A DNA stretch of 64,000 bases from Lama glama. Its lineage: Eukaryota. This document shows positions 52,120 through 64,000 of the stretch, piece after piece. Each line of letters starts with the position of its first letter. The stretch's first letter is position 1. The stretch lies in assembly GCA_028534125.1 (NCBI GenBank), contig CM052821.1, forward strand, positions 31,186,001-31,250,000, written 5' to 3'. Below the pieces are notes generated by a model that ran no database searches, was not told the DNA's origin, and saw only the letters and a program-made list of their open reading frames with translations. A program made the position numbers and the translations under genes.

Positions 52120-53020
52120 AAGATTTGAAAATTCAACAGGCATTCATCTGAGGCTTCTTCTATATGTGATACAGTGCTAGGCACTCTCGAAGATACAAAA
52201 AGGAATAAGGAAAGATCCCTGCCCCCAAGGAGGTCACAGTTTGGAAGAAAGGATTAGATCTGCCATGCTTAATACAGGAAAGAATAAGTGCCTCAGGAAA
52301 AATAGGGATTGAGATACAGAGCAAAGAGCAGCCATCTCTGTATTTTGAGCTGATGTGTGTCTTTCTCTCTACCCTTGCTGTCTCATGCTAACCTACATGA
52401 ACTTATTTGTTCTACATACTGATTATAAGAACCACATTTTTTTGCCCATACACTGTGTCAAACATTGTGTCAAAAACCTTCACCTATGTCACAATTAATT
52501 CGTGTAAATACTGCTAGGATGAAAAAATGAACTAATAGAAGCGAAGGACTTATTCAAGGTCACACAGCCAATGAGTATCAGAGTCAGGATTCAAACCCAG
52601 GTTAATCTGACTCCATAACCCAATCTCTTTCCATTTTGTTTCCACCAGTGCCTACCTGAGGTTCCCCGAAGAGACCATGCAATTATGTTCCTCCATACTT
52701 TTGTGTCTGCTATTTTTCTATGTGGACTGACTTTAATCCCTTGTCTCCAGAATAATCTGTACATATTAAAAACCCAGCTCAGCTATTAAACTCTTTTTCC
52801 CACCTTTTTTCCCTTTAAAAGATTAATAACTCCCTAGTTTATGCTTCCAAGTAGCTCCTATATGTGCTGTTATATTATTTATTATGTTAATAGAGGAATA
52901 ATTTATTTATAGATTTGTCATCCCCTTCAGACAGGAAGCTCCTTGAGAGGTGCTCTGTATTTTTTCTGTGTTTTTCTATTTAGCACGTGGTAGGTACTCA
53001 ACAGTTTTTTGCTGAAACAC
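52120..53020. mobile_element. Cluster of L2 (-), MIR (-) and L2 (+) fragments
   Basis: attcaacagg...gtgctaggcact...tccctgcccccaaggag; aaggtcacacagcca...gtcaggattcaaacccagg; aagctccttgag...taggtactcaacag. Confidence 0.7.
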
Positions 53021-53039
53021 ATTGACTTGGATATTCAGT

Positions 53040-53275
53040 TAAGGGAATTAGTATTGGGAATTAGAATTAGTATTTTTTGTAAAAGACCCAAAAATAAATA
53101 TTTCCGGCTTTGCAAGCCTGTTGCAATTACTCCCCACTGTTGTTTCAGTGCAAAAACAGTGATACAAAATATACTTAAATGAATGAGTATGATTGTGTTC
53201 CAGTAAGACCTTATCTACAAAAACAGTCTGGTAGGTCAGAGTTGGCCCTCAAGCTGTAGTTTGCCAACCCCTGAT
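53040..53275. mobile_element. MER58A hAT-Charlie MITE
   Basis: taaatatttccggctttgcaagcc...aaatgaatgagtatgattgtgttccagtaa...gctgtagtttgccaacccctg. Confidence 0.88.
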
Positions 53276-53279
53276 GTAT

Positions 53280-53870
53280 AGTATGTCAACAGGCTGATAT
53301 TAAGAGTGGGAATGGAGAAGGCCTTCCAAGCAGAAGAAACAGTATGTGCAAATGCCCTGTGGCAGTATGTGATCAGGGGAAAACACAAATTAGTAGAGCT
53401 GGTTTATGGTGTACAAAGAAGGAGGTCATAATAGATACATCTGGAAACATGGGGCAAGAGTATGAAGGGCCTTAAAAGCTAGAGTAAGAGTCTGTTCTAA
53501 ATCCAGTAGATATGGGAATGCCATTGAAGTTTTTTAGCAAACTGATGACCTGCAGTGACTGTACACCAGAAATTAAGCTGCCTACACATATACCACAGGC
53601 ACACAGATCAAGAGATTTGTCAAATAACCCAAGCAATGGAATAGAAATGGTAAAAATGGAAAAACATGGGCAAACATGAGAGTGGCAGAGGCAGAGGCAG
53701 CAGGAACTGACAACTGAACATCAGCATGGGCAGAACAAAAGATGACACTGACTTTTCTAGCCTGGTTTCTGGGAACATGGCAGACTCAATAATAAAATCA
53801 GAAAAGGCAAGAGGAGGGACTGACTTCAGAAAAAAAATAATAAATTTGTTTCAGACATGTTAAGCCTGAT
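53280..53870 (-). mobile_element. L2 body fragment
   Basis: ggccttccaagcagaagaaacagtatgtgcaaatgccctg...gccattgaagtttttagca. Confidence 0.65.
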
Positions 53871-54551
53871 TTTAATACTTGTTTTGCCTGGTCAAAGCCC
53901 AAGTTTAAATACTGTGACTTATAACAGCATTCCTTCCCAAAACTGGATTAAAATGTTTCTGCCATTTGGCAGGGAAAATACTTTTAAGTTCCTTTCCAAA
54001 ATATACCTTTCCATGATGTTTGATCTCTTTTTGAGTTTTATTTTAAGCTCCACTTGTCCTAACAACTAAAGAATACTTAGGAAGTATTCTCTCTTTCCTG
54101 AGTCTTTTCATTTTCCGGTCATGTGCTGTGGAATTCTCACCCTTCACTTTAGGTTCACATTTTCTCCATAAAATAGGATAAATGGTCAGTGCAGGGGACT
54201 TGGGTCTTTCCTTATCAACTATGATTATTATTATTGAGATAAGCAGAATCAGGGTACAGTCCAACGATAAGAACACAAAAATTGTCAAGCTAGAGAGACA
54301 ATTGAAATTGAAGTCCAATCATAAGAAATATCCTGAAGGAAAGTTGATGTGTCATGTAGAAATTGAGGTCAGAAACTTGCAAGTTCTGAGTCAAGTTGCC
54401 AAATCTTGGTAAGGAACACCTGAGAGCAGAGTCAGAATGACTAAGTCACACATTTGAGATTCATATACAGAAAGAAATGAGGTAAGGTTGAAGATGCAGA
54501 GGAGCAGCAGAAGGGAGAGTGTTTGGGTTGAGTGTCTGAGTGAAGGGAAAG

Positions 54552-54800
54552 TTGTCCAAACCCATAGAATATATAACACAAAGAGTGAACCCTAACGTAA
54601 ACTAGGGTCTTAGGGTGATAGTGATGTACCAAAGTAGGTTCATCAGTTGTAACAAATGTGCCATTGTAGTGGGGGATGTTGCTGATGGGGGAGGCCATGC
54701 ATGTGTGGGGACAGAGGGCATATGGGGAATCTCTGAACCTTCCTCTCAGTTTTGCTGTGAACCTAAAACTGCTCTAAAAATAACAGTCAATAAATTTTTT
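54552..54800 (+). mobile_element. L1MC1/2-like 3' end
   Basis: gtccaaacccatagaat...aagagtgaaccctaacgtaaact...tttgctgtgaacctaaaactgctctaaaaataa. Confidence 0.9.
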
Positions 54801-54829
54801 AAAAATTCATATTTACTAAAAGAACAACA

Positions 54830-55110
54830 AGAACATAGATCCTAAAAAAAGACAATCAAATCAAAATTTACGAGAAAAACTTGCAAATAAAAATTGTACC
54901 ACAATCTGAACAAAGTCTGTAGTTTAGCTATTAGGATTACACCGAAGATAATTTCCTAGTTCTGACAAATGTAGTGTGGTTATGTAAGATGTCAACATTA
55001 GAAGAAGCCAAATGAAGGGTAGGCAGGAGCTCTCTGTTTCTAGCTTTGCAACTTCTCTGTAAAATCTAAAATAATTTCAAAATAAAAAGGCAAAAAATTA
55101 AAAAAAAAAT
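54830..55110 (+). mobile_element. L1MC4/5-like 3' end
   Basis: aatttcctagttctgacaaatgtag...ttatgtaagatgtcaacattag...tttgcaacttctctgtaaaatctaaaataatttcaaaataaaa. Confidence 0.8.
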
Positions 55111-55209
55111 CTCCACATAGCTTCCTGGTTGTACAATTTACCGAGTTAAAAGATTAGTCATTGCTTAGGATGGCTTTTCTTCCAAAACCTCTTCCTGCAT
55201 TAAGTCAAA

Positions 55210-55440
55210 TATGTCAGTGGCTCAGGGCACATTTGTAGAAACTGATGGCTCTTGGTTCTAAGCCTGGCTCTGTTATCTACTAGCTGTGTGACTTGCAGTA
55301 AGGTTTACTTAACTTCTGTAAGTCTCTATTTATTTTACCTATAACGTGAGTACACTAATACTTGCCTATTACAAAATAATCCAGAGTGCTTTACACTTTG
55401 CCTAACACATGGGTAGCGTTCGGTGGATGTGACAGTAGTA
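55210..55440 (+). mobile_element. MIR SINE
   Basis: cctggctctgttatctactagctgtgtgacttg...tacttaacttct. Confidence 0.8.
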
Positions 55441-55645
55441 TTGACTGGTATCTGTATATCATGTGTGTGTGTCAAAATTTAACCACTGCACAGGAAGAGC
55501 TGACTATGCTGCAGTCAGCGTGTCCCATCACTGCCCAAAATGAAATGCTAGACTTGTTTTGCTGTGCTTTGGGTCCACAAACAGAAGACGCATTCCAGCC
55601 TTCTCTCGGAAATAAGATTTTCAACTCAGCCACTCTTTTATATTA

Positions 55646-55785
55646 NNNNNNNNNNNNNNNNNNNNNNNNNNNNNNNNNNNNNNNNNNNNNNNNNNNNNNN
55701 NNNNNNNNNNNNNNNNNNNNNNNNNNNNNNNNNNNNNNNNNNNNNNNNNNNNNNNNNNNNNNNNNNNNNNNNNNNNNNNNNNNNN
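55646..55785. other. Assembly gap (140 N)
   Basis: Run of N. Confidence 0.99.
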
Positions 55786-56309
55786 AAGCAGCTTATGCTG
55801 GCCTTTGGAAAGCTGGTCTCTGTGTCTGCAAATACTCATGGGTCAGGAATGTAGAACAGGGGCAATAAATTGAAGAATTACTGCCTGACGATCCCAGGTC
55901 CTTTTGGCTGAGAAGACCTCTCCGGAGCTAGGCCCTGAGGAAAATAGGCTAACGACAGGAAATACTGCCTTGCTGAAGAAGGCCTGTAGCACCTCAGCTT
56001 TCTCGTTAGCATTACACCACCAGGGGAAGGGAAGGCCCCTGTAATGGGCTGTTGGAAACTGCCCATGAACTGGATCTAATAGGTGAAGAGAAACTGGCAT
56101 CAAACCTGGGACTTTAAGCCAATGCATCCAGGCAGAGGCTTCTGTTCAAGTCTTCCCTGGCCGGCCAGTCCCCTGCTTACACTTCTTCACCTTGGACCCT
56201 TCCACCTCTCTGTCCTCCCACTCCTCTGTGGAGCTGCCTTCTCACTTCCCACTCGCATCCTCCAGCCCAGTCCTCAGCTCAGAGTCTCAGAAGCTAGTGA
56301 CAGATATTG

Positions 56310-56560
56310 TGGAACACATAAACGTGGAGCTCAGAGACTCAAGACCTGAGCTCTGGTAACTCCACCACTTGCTTATGTGAGAAACAGACTGATCATCTCC
56401 TACGGTTTCAGTTTTCTCACACTGAATAGATTTCTTTGCATTAAAAACAACAACAAATTCCTTACTTGGTCTAAAATTTCCACATGGGATTGTTGTGAGG
56501 TTTAAATCAAACATATGTTATAAGTGTCTAGTGCCGTGTAGGCACTAGATCGACATTAAT
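56310..56560 (+). mobile_element. MIR SINE
   Basis: tttcagttttctcac...gggattgttgtgaggtttaaatca. Confidence 0.65.
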
Positions 56561-57354
56561 TACCTTCCCCTTGTTGTCCATTGGAGAACTTGAGGAAAAT
56601 GTCCAGGGATTAGTAGTATAATTTCCACTGTCATTGGCCTAAATTTTGGCCTTGCTCATAGTGCAATGAAAAGTAAAATGTCTTAGAAATTCCAAGAAAC
56701 ATTGCTTTTGAGATTTTAAAAGCTGCGAGAATATCAAACGAATTGTCTGCTCTCACTGAGCTCAGATTTCTCTGACAGCAACTGATTTTGTTACATCAAG
56801 GATACCTAGTAAGTAATTAGTTAATTGGATGACCTTCCTTCACCTATGTGATATTTGCTTTAATAAATTTGCCTACTCTTTCGACATGTATGTTTACTGT
56901 AAACCCATTGAGAAGAGAATAATGAAAGCCTCTTGGTCTAGATCTTGTGTCCCTTAAAAAGCTTTTATAAATATCTTCAAGAAATGCACCCTCTTTTCCC
57001 AAAGGAAAACCTAGAGGTGACTGGAATCCACTTCTCCGAAGTATTACCCATTTCTTTAGCAGCAACTAGAATTTCTAAAAGCAAAAGAAGGTCTTTTGTG
57101 TTTTTTGGAGAATGACAGGGAAAGAGAAACTATTTACAGGTGACTGAAAGGTCGTATTAACTTTTCAGATTGCCTTTCCTTTAAAATCTCACTTTTGGTA
57201 CTTAAATGCCTTTGATTCCAAAGCAGACAAGGGTCAGTCAGCTGCTGTGTTTCAACCTGAACAGCATGTCAGTGGCATCAGAGTCACTGTCATTTTTTGT
57301 GTGATAAATTTAGCATGGAGCTCCTATCTGCACACTTCAAATTTCTGAAATCAG

Positions 57355-57487
57355 TAACAGTTGATCGAATGTTAACAAGACTTGTGGTGATCATTTTGCA
57401 ATGTTTACAAATAACATTACAAATAACATTTTATACAGCTGAAAATAATATAATGTTGTATGTCAATTATACTTCAATTTTTAAAAA
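57355..57487 (+). mobile_element. Short L1 extreme 3' end
   Basis: ttgtggtgatcattttgcaatg...taatataatgttgtatgtcaattatacttcaatttttaaaaa. Confidence 0.8.
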
Positions 57488-57734
57488 TTGTAGTATTTTC
57501 CCCCCTACACTATATTGTTTTCTGGTCTCTACTCAACTTATAGAGTAAATTACATTTTATTGTGCTTATTTAAAAATTTTTACATGACATTAAAAACAAA
57601 TGAGAGGGCTGGTAAAGAAGTGTAGAAGGTAAGAGTTAAATTTGGCATGTGGTAAAAAGGAAATTGTTTTGGGATGAAAAGGAGGAAGAATAGAAATCCA
57701 TAAAAGCAAAGTAGAAGAAATAATTATGACACCA

Positions 57735-57965
57735 GGGAGGCAGGACTGTATAGTGGTTAGGAGCAGAGATGCTCTAGATTCTCAACGCAGAGCTACCCAT
57801 GTTAGCTGTGTGATTTTATGACAATTACTTAACTCTCTCTGTCTTTATTTTCTTATCTATACTAGAGATGGTGGGCTAGTGGTATCTATCTAATAAAGTT
57901 GCTAAAAGAATTAAATGGGTTAGTGCCTATCACATAATAGGTACTATATAAATCTTTGTTGAACA
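57735..57965 (+). mobile_element. MIR SINE
   Basis: tgtatagtggttaggagc...ttagctgtgtgatt...ttacttaactctctct...gaattaaatg. Confidence 0.8.
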
Positions 57966-57989
57966 AAGAAGTAATAATGGCATCGTATA

Positions 57990-59700
57990 TACATGACATA
58001 ATGCATTTGTCAAAACCCATGGAAATTTACAGCGCGAAGAATGAACCTTAATGTATGCAAATTTTTAGAAGATTATTTAGAAGTTTGGATGGAATGCAGA
58101 GCATGAGAAAACAATCTAGCTATATGACAAACATATGAAACAAGCTCACTGAAGGGGGCAGGAGGGATACCAAACTAAGTAACTTTGGAAATGAGTGGAG
58201 TCTATAGGACTACAGGCAAAAGAAACTGTACATAAGGACTGTACTCTGGATAATAGAGTTAGATGTTGGTTAGAAACTCTGATAACACTATATATGTACA
58301 CAGGAACGGACCAATTAAATACATGCATGGCAGGTGTTGGGAGCCAGATTTCTCACTGTTGGAGTAGGAGGTTATAGGGTAGCAAGGGGAGGAGGCAAGA
58401 ATGATCTATGAGGAATGGACTAGAGCTGAAGACATCAGTATGAACTCATGTTTAGCTTAATTCAGCTATAGATAGTTACATAGAGAAATATAATATGTGC
58501 ACCTTCATGAACTAGTTTACACATAAAAATTTTCTTACTCTTCTCAGCTAAGAGCACCAACATTCAGTAGCAATGAGCACATCTAGTAGCACCCAAATCT
58601 TGGTTTCTAATATCATTATCCTGTAAAAGGAACCAGGTTTCCTTGGAGAAATGGCTGATTCTAGAACTGAAGCAGAAAATATACAATCTGAGCCTGGAGC
58701 ATTTTGTAGTGCTAGGAAGCAAGGAAGTAAGGAAGTATCCAAACAAACAAACAAAAAAACCCCAAATCCTCCCACAACCAAAAATAACCCTACATCAATG
58801 AGAGTATGCCAAAGAGACACTGAAAGAGCTGCCAATGACCAAAGCTGGAATAATATGAGCAATAAAATAAAGCAGTTATTGAATCATAACTCAAAATATA
58901 AAATAAATTTCCGTGAGTCCTTATTGATATAAAGAATTGAGTAAACAAATAAAATAAATGGCCAGTGAGGAGGAGAGGAAGGAAACAGACAAACCTCCCA
59001 GGCAGATTTCCCAATAACTTATGTAGATAGCCCACCCTCCAGGAAGTGGAACACACTTCCCAACCTCTTAAGTGTAGGCTGTGCATAATGACTTCTTTCC
59101 AATGAGTACAGCTTGGAAAGGTGGGGTGTGTAGAGAGGAAAGAGTAACTTTACAGTAGGAAAAAACGGGCAAATGTTACCCTAACTAGGTAACCAAGGAT
59201 AACATCAACAGTGAGAAGTCATGTTGATAGCAGGTACTCTTGATAGATGTGATGAAAATAGCACTTTTCCTCCCCAAAACACATAATCCCAGTATAATCT
59301 CGAGAAAAACATCAGACACATCCTAAATGAGGGGCATCCTACAAAATATCTGAGCAGTACTCCCCCAAACTGTCAAGGTCGTCAAAAGTTAGAGTCTCAG
59401 GAACAGTCATAGCCAAGCAGAACCTAATGAGACATGACTAGTAGATTTAATGTGATATCCTGGATGGAATCCAGGAACAGAAAAAGATCATTAGGTAAAA
59501 AGTAAGAAAATCTGACTGAAGTAATGACCTTAAATAATAATAGTGTATCAACATTGGTGCATTAATTGCAACAAATGTACCATACAAATGTAAGATGCTA
59601 CTAGGGAAAACTGAAGGTCGGGTGTATCGGAACTCTGTACTATCTTCATAATTTTTCTATAACTCTAAAATTGTTATAAAATTAAAAGTTTACTAAAAAA
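57990..59700 (+). mobile_element. Long L1MC3-like 3' UTR
   Basis: atgcatttgtcaaaacccat...gaaccttaatgtatgcaaa...ttccttggagaaatggctgattctag...gagacactgaaagagctgccaatgaccaaagctggaa...ggaactctgtactatcttc. Confidence 0.88.
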
Positions 59701-60819
59701 CATAATAAATGGTTAAAATTTATGAAGCACTCATTGTATGGTAGACACTTCTTATGCATAACTTTATAACCCCAAAATAACTGGTAACAGAAAAATGCCA
59801 TTTATAATGAATCAACCAAAAATAGGGTTTTAAATTTCATAATGAGTAGTGAAAAAATAAGTTTGACTGAATGTCCATTTTGAAAAAGAAAACTAAAATT
59901 GTGAGACTAACTTTATTAAAATATACATTTAAAAAATTATATTATGCATGTATATTTGTATGGGAGTTCTTAGAATTAACAAGGAGCAAATCAGTTTGGG
60001 TTTGTTTTAGTATAATTTTGCAACCAAAATACATAATGTCATGAAATGACACCTTTTTCTTTGTTGCATAATCTTTAAGATGTTTTTACAAAAATATGTA
60101 TTATGACTTGCTTAATTTTCCCAATATTTCTCTTAATTCTCTGATGTCCAGATCATTCTCCTCTGAAGAAACTATCCTGTTATCATCCTTGTTCCCCATC
60201 AAGTCCAGCCAAATCCTCCCACTTAGTGTTATTCTTTCTTGCCTTTAACATCCAGGATTTTTTTTCCCCTACTTCTCTGATAACCTTCATTTCATTCTGT
60301 TGGGTATTAGAATTAGTTGTTGAAGTACCTTTCCTTCACCAGAAAATAATACTAAGAACTGCAACAGTGTAACAATGTCTAAGTAAAGTTAACGTCTTCT
60401 GCACACCTAAAATGCCTTATGTTAAGTCAACCTCAGTTTCCCCATTTATAAACTAGAGGAGAACAGCAAAACCTGAAATTCTGACTTCATAGGATTCTTG
60501 TGAGAACTCACGAGACTGATCTTCTCCCCTGGCAGGGCCATGAGGCCACTGGCACTTTCCTGACCTTTCCTGTGAATGCCAATCCTCTGCTTCTTTAGTT
60601 ACAACAGGGAGCATTTTGAACTTTATCTCTTCCCAATGGAGCAAGTTTGTCAGTACATTTCACCCTGCGTGGTAACTTCAGCCTATTGACCTCTGACCTC
60701 TGAAGTACAGCATCAAGAACAATTCTGAAGCGATGTTCAGGGCCAGTGGGAGAGACTGCCATGATGGGCTAGAAATGTCTGTTATGACTTTAGGACTGGG
60801 AACTGATGATACATAATCT

Positions 60820-61340
60820 CTAGTCTCCAAATACAGCCGCCAGTAATTAGCCCTTGTCCATGCATGCTGCTTAATTAAGAAGTAGAATTGATTTCCCCTC
60901 CCCTTGATTCTGGCTGGCCTTGTAACTTGCTTTGACAAATAGAATTTGGAAGAAGTGATGAGGGACTTCTGAAGCTAAGGCTTGAAAATGACTAACAATT
61001 TTTGCTTCCTCTCTTTTAGAAGCCAGCTGCCATCTAAGAAGTCTAACTAACCTGAGGCCACCATGCTGTAAGGATGCCTAAGATAGCCATGTGGAGACAG
61101 GGAGGCCATGTGGAAGATCACTGAAGTGCCATTCATGTGAGTAAAGCCTTGTTGGACCTTTAGGCTCACTGAATGCCGCTGAATGACTCTAGCTGAATGA
61201 CATTATGTGGAGTTGAAGAGCCAGCCAGCTGTGCCCTACCCAAATTTCTGCTCCACAGAATCATCAAAAACTAGCAATTCATTGTTTTAAGCCATTAGGT
61301 ATTGGGATAGTTTGTTACACAGCAATAGATAACTGAAACA
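60820..61340 (+). mobile_element. MaLR solo LTR (MLT1H-like)
   Basis: ttcccctccccttgattctggctggccttgtaacttgctttgacaaatagaat...ttttaagccattag...tttgttacacagcaatagataactgaaaca. Confidence 0.88.
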
Positions 61341-61802
61341 TGATAGTTGGGATAGAGTTTTCCATTTCTAAATATAATTTAGAAAATTTAACTTGGGGTA
61401 CTGGTTAGCTCCCAGCCCCTATTCCAGGTAATCTACTTCAATTGCTTAGGGATTGGTATATTTTGAAATTCTTTATTAGACTCTTATATAGAACTAAGGT
61501 TCAGAACCACTTGTCCAAGGAGAAACGGAAGAGGATGCGCTGAGTTAGAAAGTCAAATTGAGCTAAAACAGAGGGATAAGACTTTTGGAAGTCATTAACA
61601 TTTGGGATTAGCCAGATAAACAAAGTAAAACAAAAACTCCTCCTTAGTCACCGACAACACGCCACTTTACATCAGGCAAGCTGCAGAGGGGTAAATAAAG
61701 AAGACACAGGAATCAGAGATAAATGAGTAAATCAGCAAATAAAAGAACATTCCCCTTGTGTTTTTTTCTGAGCAATATATTTTTTCTGTGTTTTTTTTTT
61801 TA

Positions 61803-61909
61803 ATCTCAGTCTTTTCTGTGTGGCTGTACTAAATGAAGCTTGCCTAGAGTTGGGTGACAAAAGTGTGCATTTCATTACCATTAACATTATCTTGAGCTAA
61901 GTTTGCAGT
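61803..61909. repeat. 107-bp direct repeat, copy A
   Basis: Ungapped manual alignment to 63420-63526, 14 mismatches in 107. Confidence 0.95.
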
Positions 61910-62404
61910 GTGTTGATAGGTCCTTATCCCCAAATTCAGACCCAGTACTACCCGAGTTGCAGAATAATTAGCCATACAAACAAGATAGAGATAGATAGAC
62001 AGACAGACAGACATAATTTTTTTGCCAAGATTTTCAGGATTGTACTTTGTGCCTCATATCCCATTTTCAGTTGAAATTTGGATAACAGAAAGGTTTGACA
62101 GTTTTTGGTGAAAACATGAGGGAAAGGAGTTTAAGCACCTCAGATGTGTGGAGTGCTATTAGATATGTTCCTATTATGCTGGAAAGTCATTAAGGAAATA
62201 TGTATGCCAAGCCACACCATCAATTTTGAGATATTGACTCTAACAGAGATGTCAATATTCTAGTTACATTGGCAGAGTTTAACCTCAACTAATGTCTACT
62301 GACATATGACACTTCGCCTGCCCTTTAAACTATTTATATCTTTGCTTTAGGCAAAATGCATTCTGTCTTTATTGATACATAATTGTCAAGTACTTGAATC
62401 TAAG

Positions 62405-62637
62405 NNNNNNNNNNNNNNNNNNNNNNNNNNNNNNNNNNNNNNNNNNNNNNNNNNNNNNNNNNNNNNNNNNNNNNNNNNNNNNNNNNNNNNNNNNNNNNNN
62501 NNNNNNNNNNNNNNNNNNNNNNNNNNNNNNNNNNNNNNNNNNNNNNNNNNNNNNNNNNNNNNNNNNNNNNNNNNNNNNNNNNNNNNNNNNNNNNNNNNNN
62601 NNNNNNNNNNNNNNNNNNNNNNNNNNNNNNNNNNNNN
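62405..62637. other. Assembly gap (233 N)
   Basis: Run of N. Confidence 0.99.
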
Positions 62638-62820
62638 GGAAGCATGTCTGCCTTTGAAGCTTCACATTTCAGAAGCTGAAATAAGAGTCTCCAGTGGTTT
62701 TGATTATAATCGTTGCTATGTGGTCCTCGCGCTTTCCAGGGCACCTCATATAAGACCACGTGTGCCATTGGCTGAATTGCGCTGATTAGTGAATGAATAT
62801 GACAGAGAAAAGCGTAGAGG
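62638..62820 (-). promoter_or_regulatory. Candidate core promoter (CCAAT, CACGTG, TATA-like, TCF/LEF site)
   Basis: Minus strand reads cagCCAATggcaCACGTGgtCTTATATGa; CTTTGAA at 62652-62658; several retained CpGs. Confidence 0.4.
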
Positions 62821-63419
62821 TCTTTCAGCCCCCAACCACTTTCCAGGAGGGGGAAGAACATCCTCTGGGCCAGGCACATTCAGTCTTTGGATGTGTTAAT
62901 ATGAAATACTTTCATCGCTCCAATTTCCACTCTTGTGGATTTTTCCTGGCTCCAACTCAGTGACCTGATTCTCTAATTTTCCCTCCTCTGAGAACATACT
63001 TTTTCTTAAGTTATTTTTTCTCTGAAATCCACACCGCCTCCCCTCCCTTCCCTTTTGATTTCTTATTCAGCCTGGAAACTACCTCACCAGTTGTAATTAG
63101 CCTGAATACTTGAGGGAGGGAGGAGGGCTCTCCTCAGGAAATAGCCAGAATAAAGCAAGATTCCTTCTTCAAGGAGTAGGAAGAGAAAGCCAGGCCCTTG
63201 TAAGCTGATTAAATCTCTCTTTGCTTTTTCTTCTATTGTAAAGCACCAAACTCTGATGAGAGCCTATTCTTTCTGTTATTTTATAACCTTAATTGATCTA
63301 TACTATACATTCTCAGCTTGCTAGGCTAGATGTACTTTCTAATGTACTTTCCTGGACCAAGTAAAGAGTAGAAATATACAATTTTTAAGTGTCAAGTTAG
63401 CAGCTTTCTAGTGTTTTCT

Positions 63420-63526
63420 ATCTCAGTCATTTCTGTGTGTCTGTACTAAATGAAGCTTTCCTGGAGGTGGGTGACAAAAGTCTGCTTTTCATTCCCATTA
63501 ATGTCGTCTGGAGCTAATTTTGCAGT
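63420..63526. repeat. 107-bp direct repeat, copy B
   Basis: Ungapped manual alignment to 61803-61909. Confidence 0.95.
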
Positions 63527-63639
63527 ATTCTTAGTGGGTTCATTGGAACTTTACTAATAGAATTTCTGTGAAAGAATTATGTTTCCTATGGTTTTTTTTT
63601 ACCAATTTGTCTTTTTTTCAATCGTAATAGCTGTGATTC

Positions 63640-63855
63640 ATGCATGCTGTGCAGTGTAATCATTATATTATCTCAATTAGTCACCATAATAACCCTGAAA
63701 GTAGTGATCAGTATCCACATTTTACAGATGGAAAGTCTGAAGCTTAGAGTTAACTATATAATAAGTTGCCCAAAGGGGCACAGTTAGTTTCAGACCTGAC
63801 ATTCAAACCCATGACTCTTTGGCTTCAAATCTTTATACTAAGTGCTATTGCCTTT
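63640..63855 (-). mobile_element. MIR SINE
   Basis: aataaccctga...cacattttacagatggaaagtctgaagcttagag...attcaaacccatgact. Confidence 0.85.
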
Positions 63856-64000
63856 CAAAAACATGCACTGCCAGCTGTTGAAGAGAGAGAAAAAGAGGGA
63901 TTTTTCTTTTTTTAAAAACAAGGATGGAAAGAAAGGAAAAGAAATGAAAAAACTTCTCTATTTGAGCATATGCGGATGATAGTGGTTGGAACAAAAGGGC

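Noticed and set aside
53612-53632. tttgtcaaataaccca resembling miR-223
   Set aside because: Partial match lacking the seed end, lies within an L2 fragment, and no hairpin is evident.
55386-55868. Longest ORFs in the track (160 aa and others containing X runs)
   Set aside because: Their length is an artefact of translating through N gaps.
59740-60150. AT-rich block with a minus-strand AATAAA (59912-59917) resembling a 3' UTR end
   Set aside because: AATAAA is common in AT-rich DNA and there is no linked exon.
61825-61900. SECIS element or snoRNA interpretation of the duplicated element
   Set aside because: AUGA is present, but there is no correctly spaced apical AA/GA quartet and no convincing C/D or H/ACA box arrangement.
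62750-62775. ER-stress element or CArG box
   Set aside because: CCAAT/CCACG spacing and orientation do not fit ERSE (CCAAT-N9-CCACG), and tcatataaga has two mismatches to CC(A/T)6GG.
1-64000. Prokaryote-style systems (CRISPR arrays, operons, defence islands)
   Set aside because: The sequence is mammalian repeat-rich non-coding DNA with no repeat-spacer arrays or dense ORFs.

Overview
This window is non-coding DNA from a placental mammal, either intergenic or inside a large intron. It contains five N-gaps. No protein-coding gene, RNA gene or CRISPR array could be supported. The supplied ORFs are short, show no recognisable protein family, and mostly lie in repeats or span gaps. Much of the sequence is decayed interspersed repeat: many MIR and L2 fragments, old L1M pieces, HAL1, MaLR (MLT1) solo LTRs, and hAT DNA transposons (MER5, MER3, MER58A, MER45B, MER94-like, Zaphod/MER115-like). 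There is also a near full-length BLACKJACK transposase fossil carrying three nested insertions. Three young L1 3' ends are of the cetartiodactyl type. I saw no Alu, B1/B2, Can-SINE, Bov-A/BovB, PRE-1 or CHR-2 elements, so a camelid source is my inference. The most interesting unique sequences are a motif-dense enhancer/promoter at ~25.9-26.6 kb and an ungapped 107-bp direct repeat (87% identity) at 61.8 and 63.4 kb. That repeat brackets a compact minus-strand promoter-like unit whose possible 81-codon ORF is hidden in an assembly gap. Several candidate non-coding exons are also present. Repeat subfamily names come from recalled consensus sequences and boundaries are approximate, so RepeatMasker/Dfam confirmation is needed. 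The host gene or locus could not be identified.
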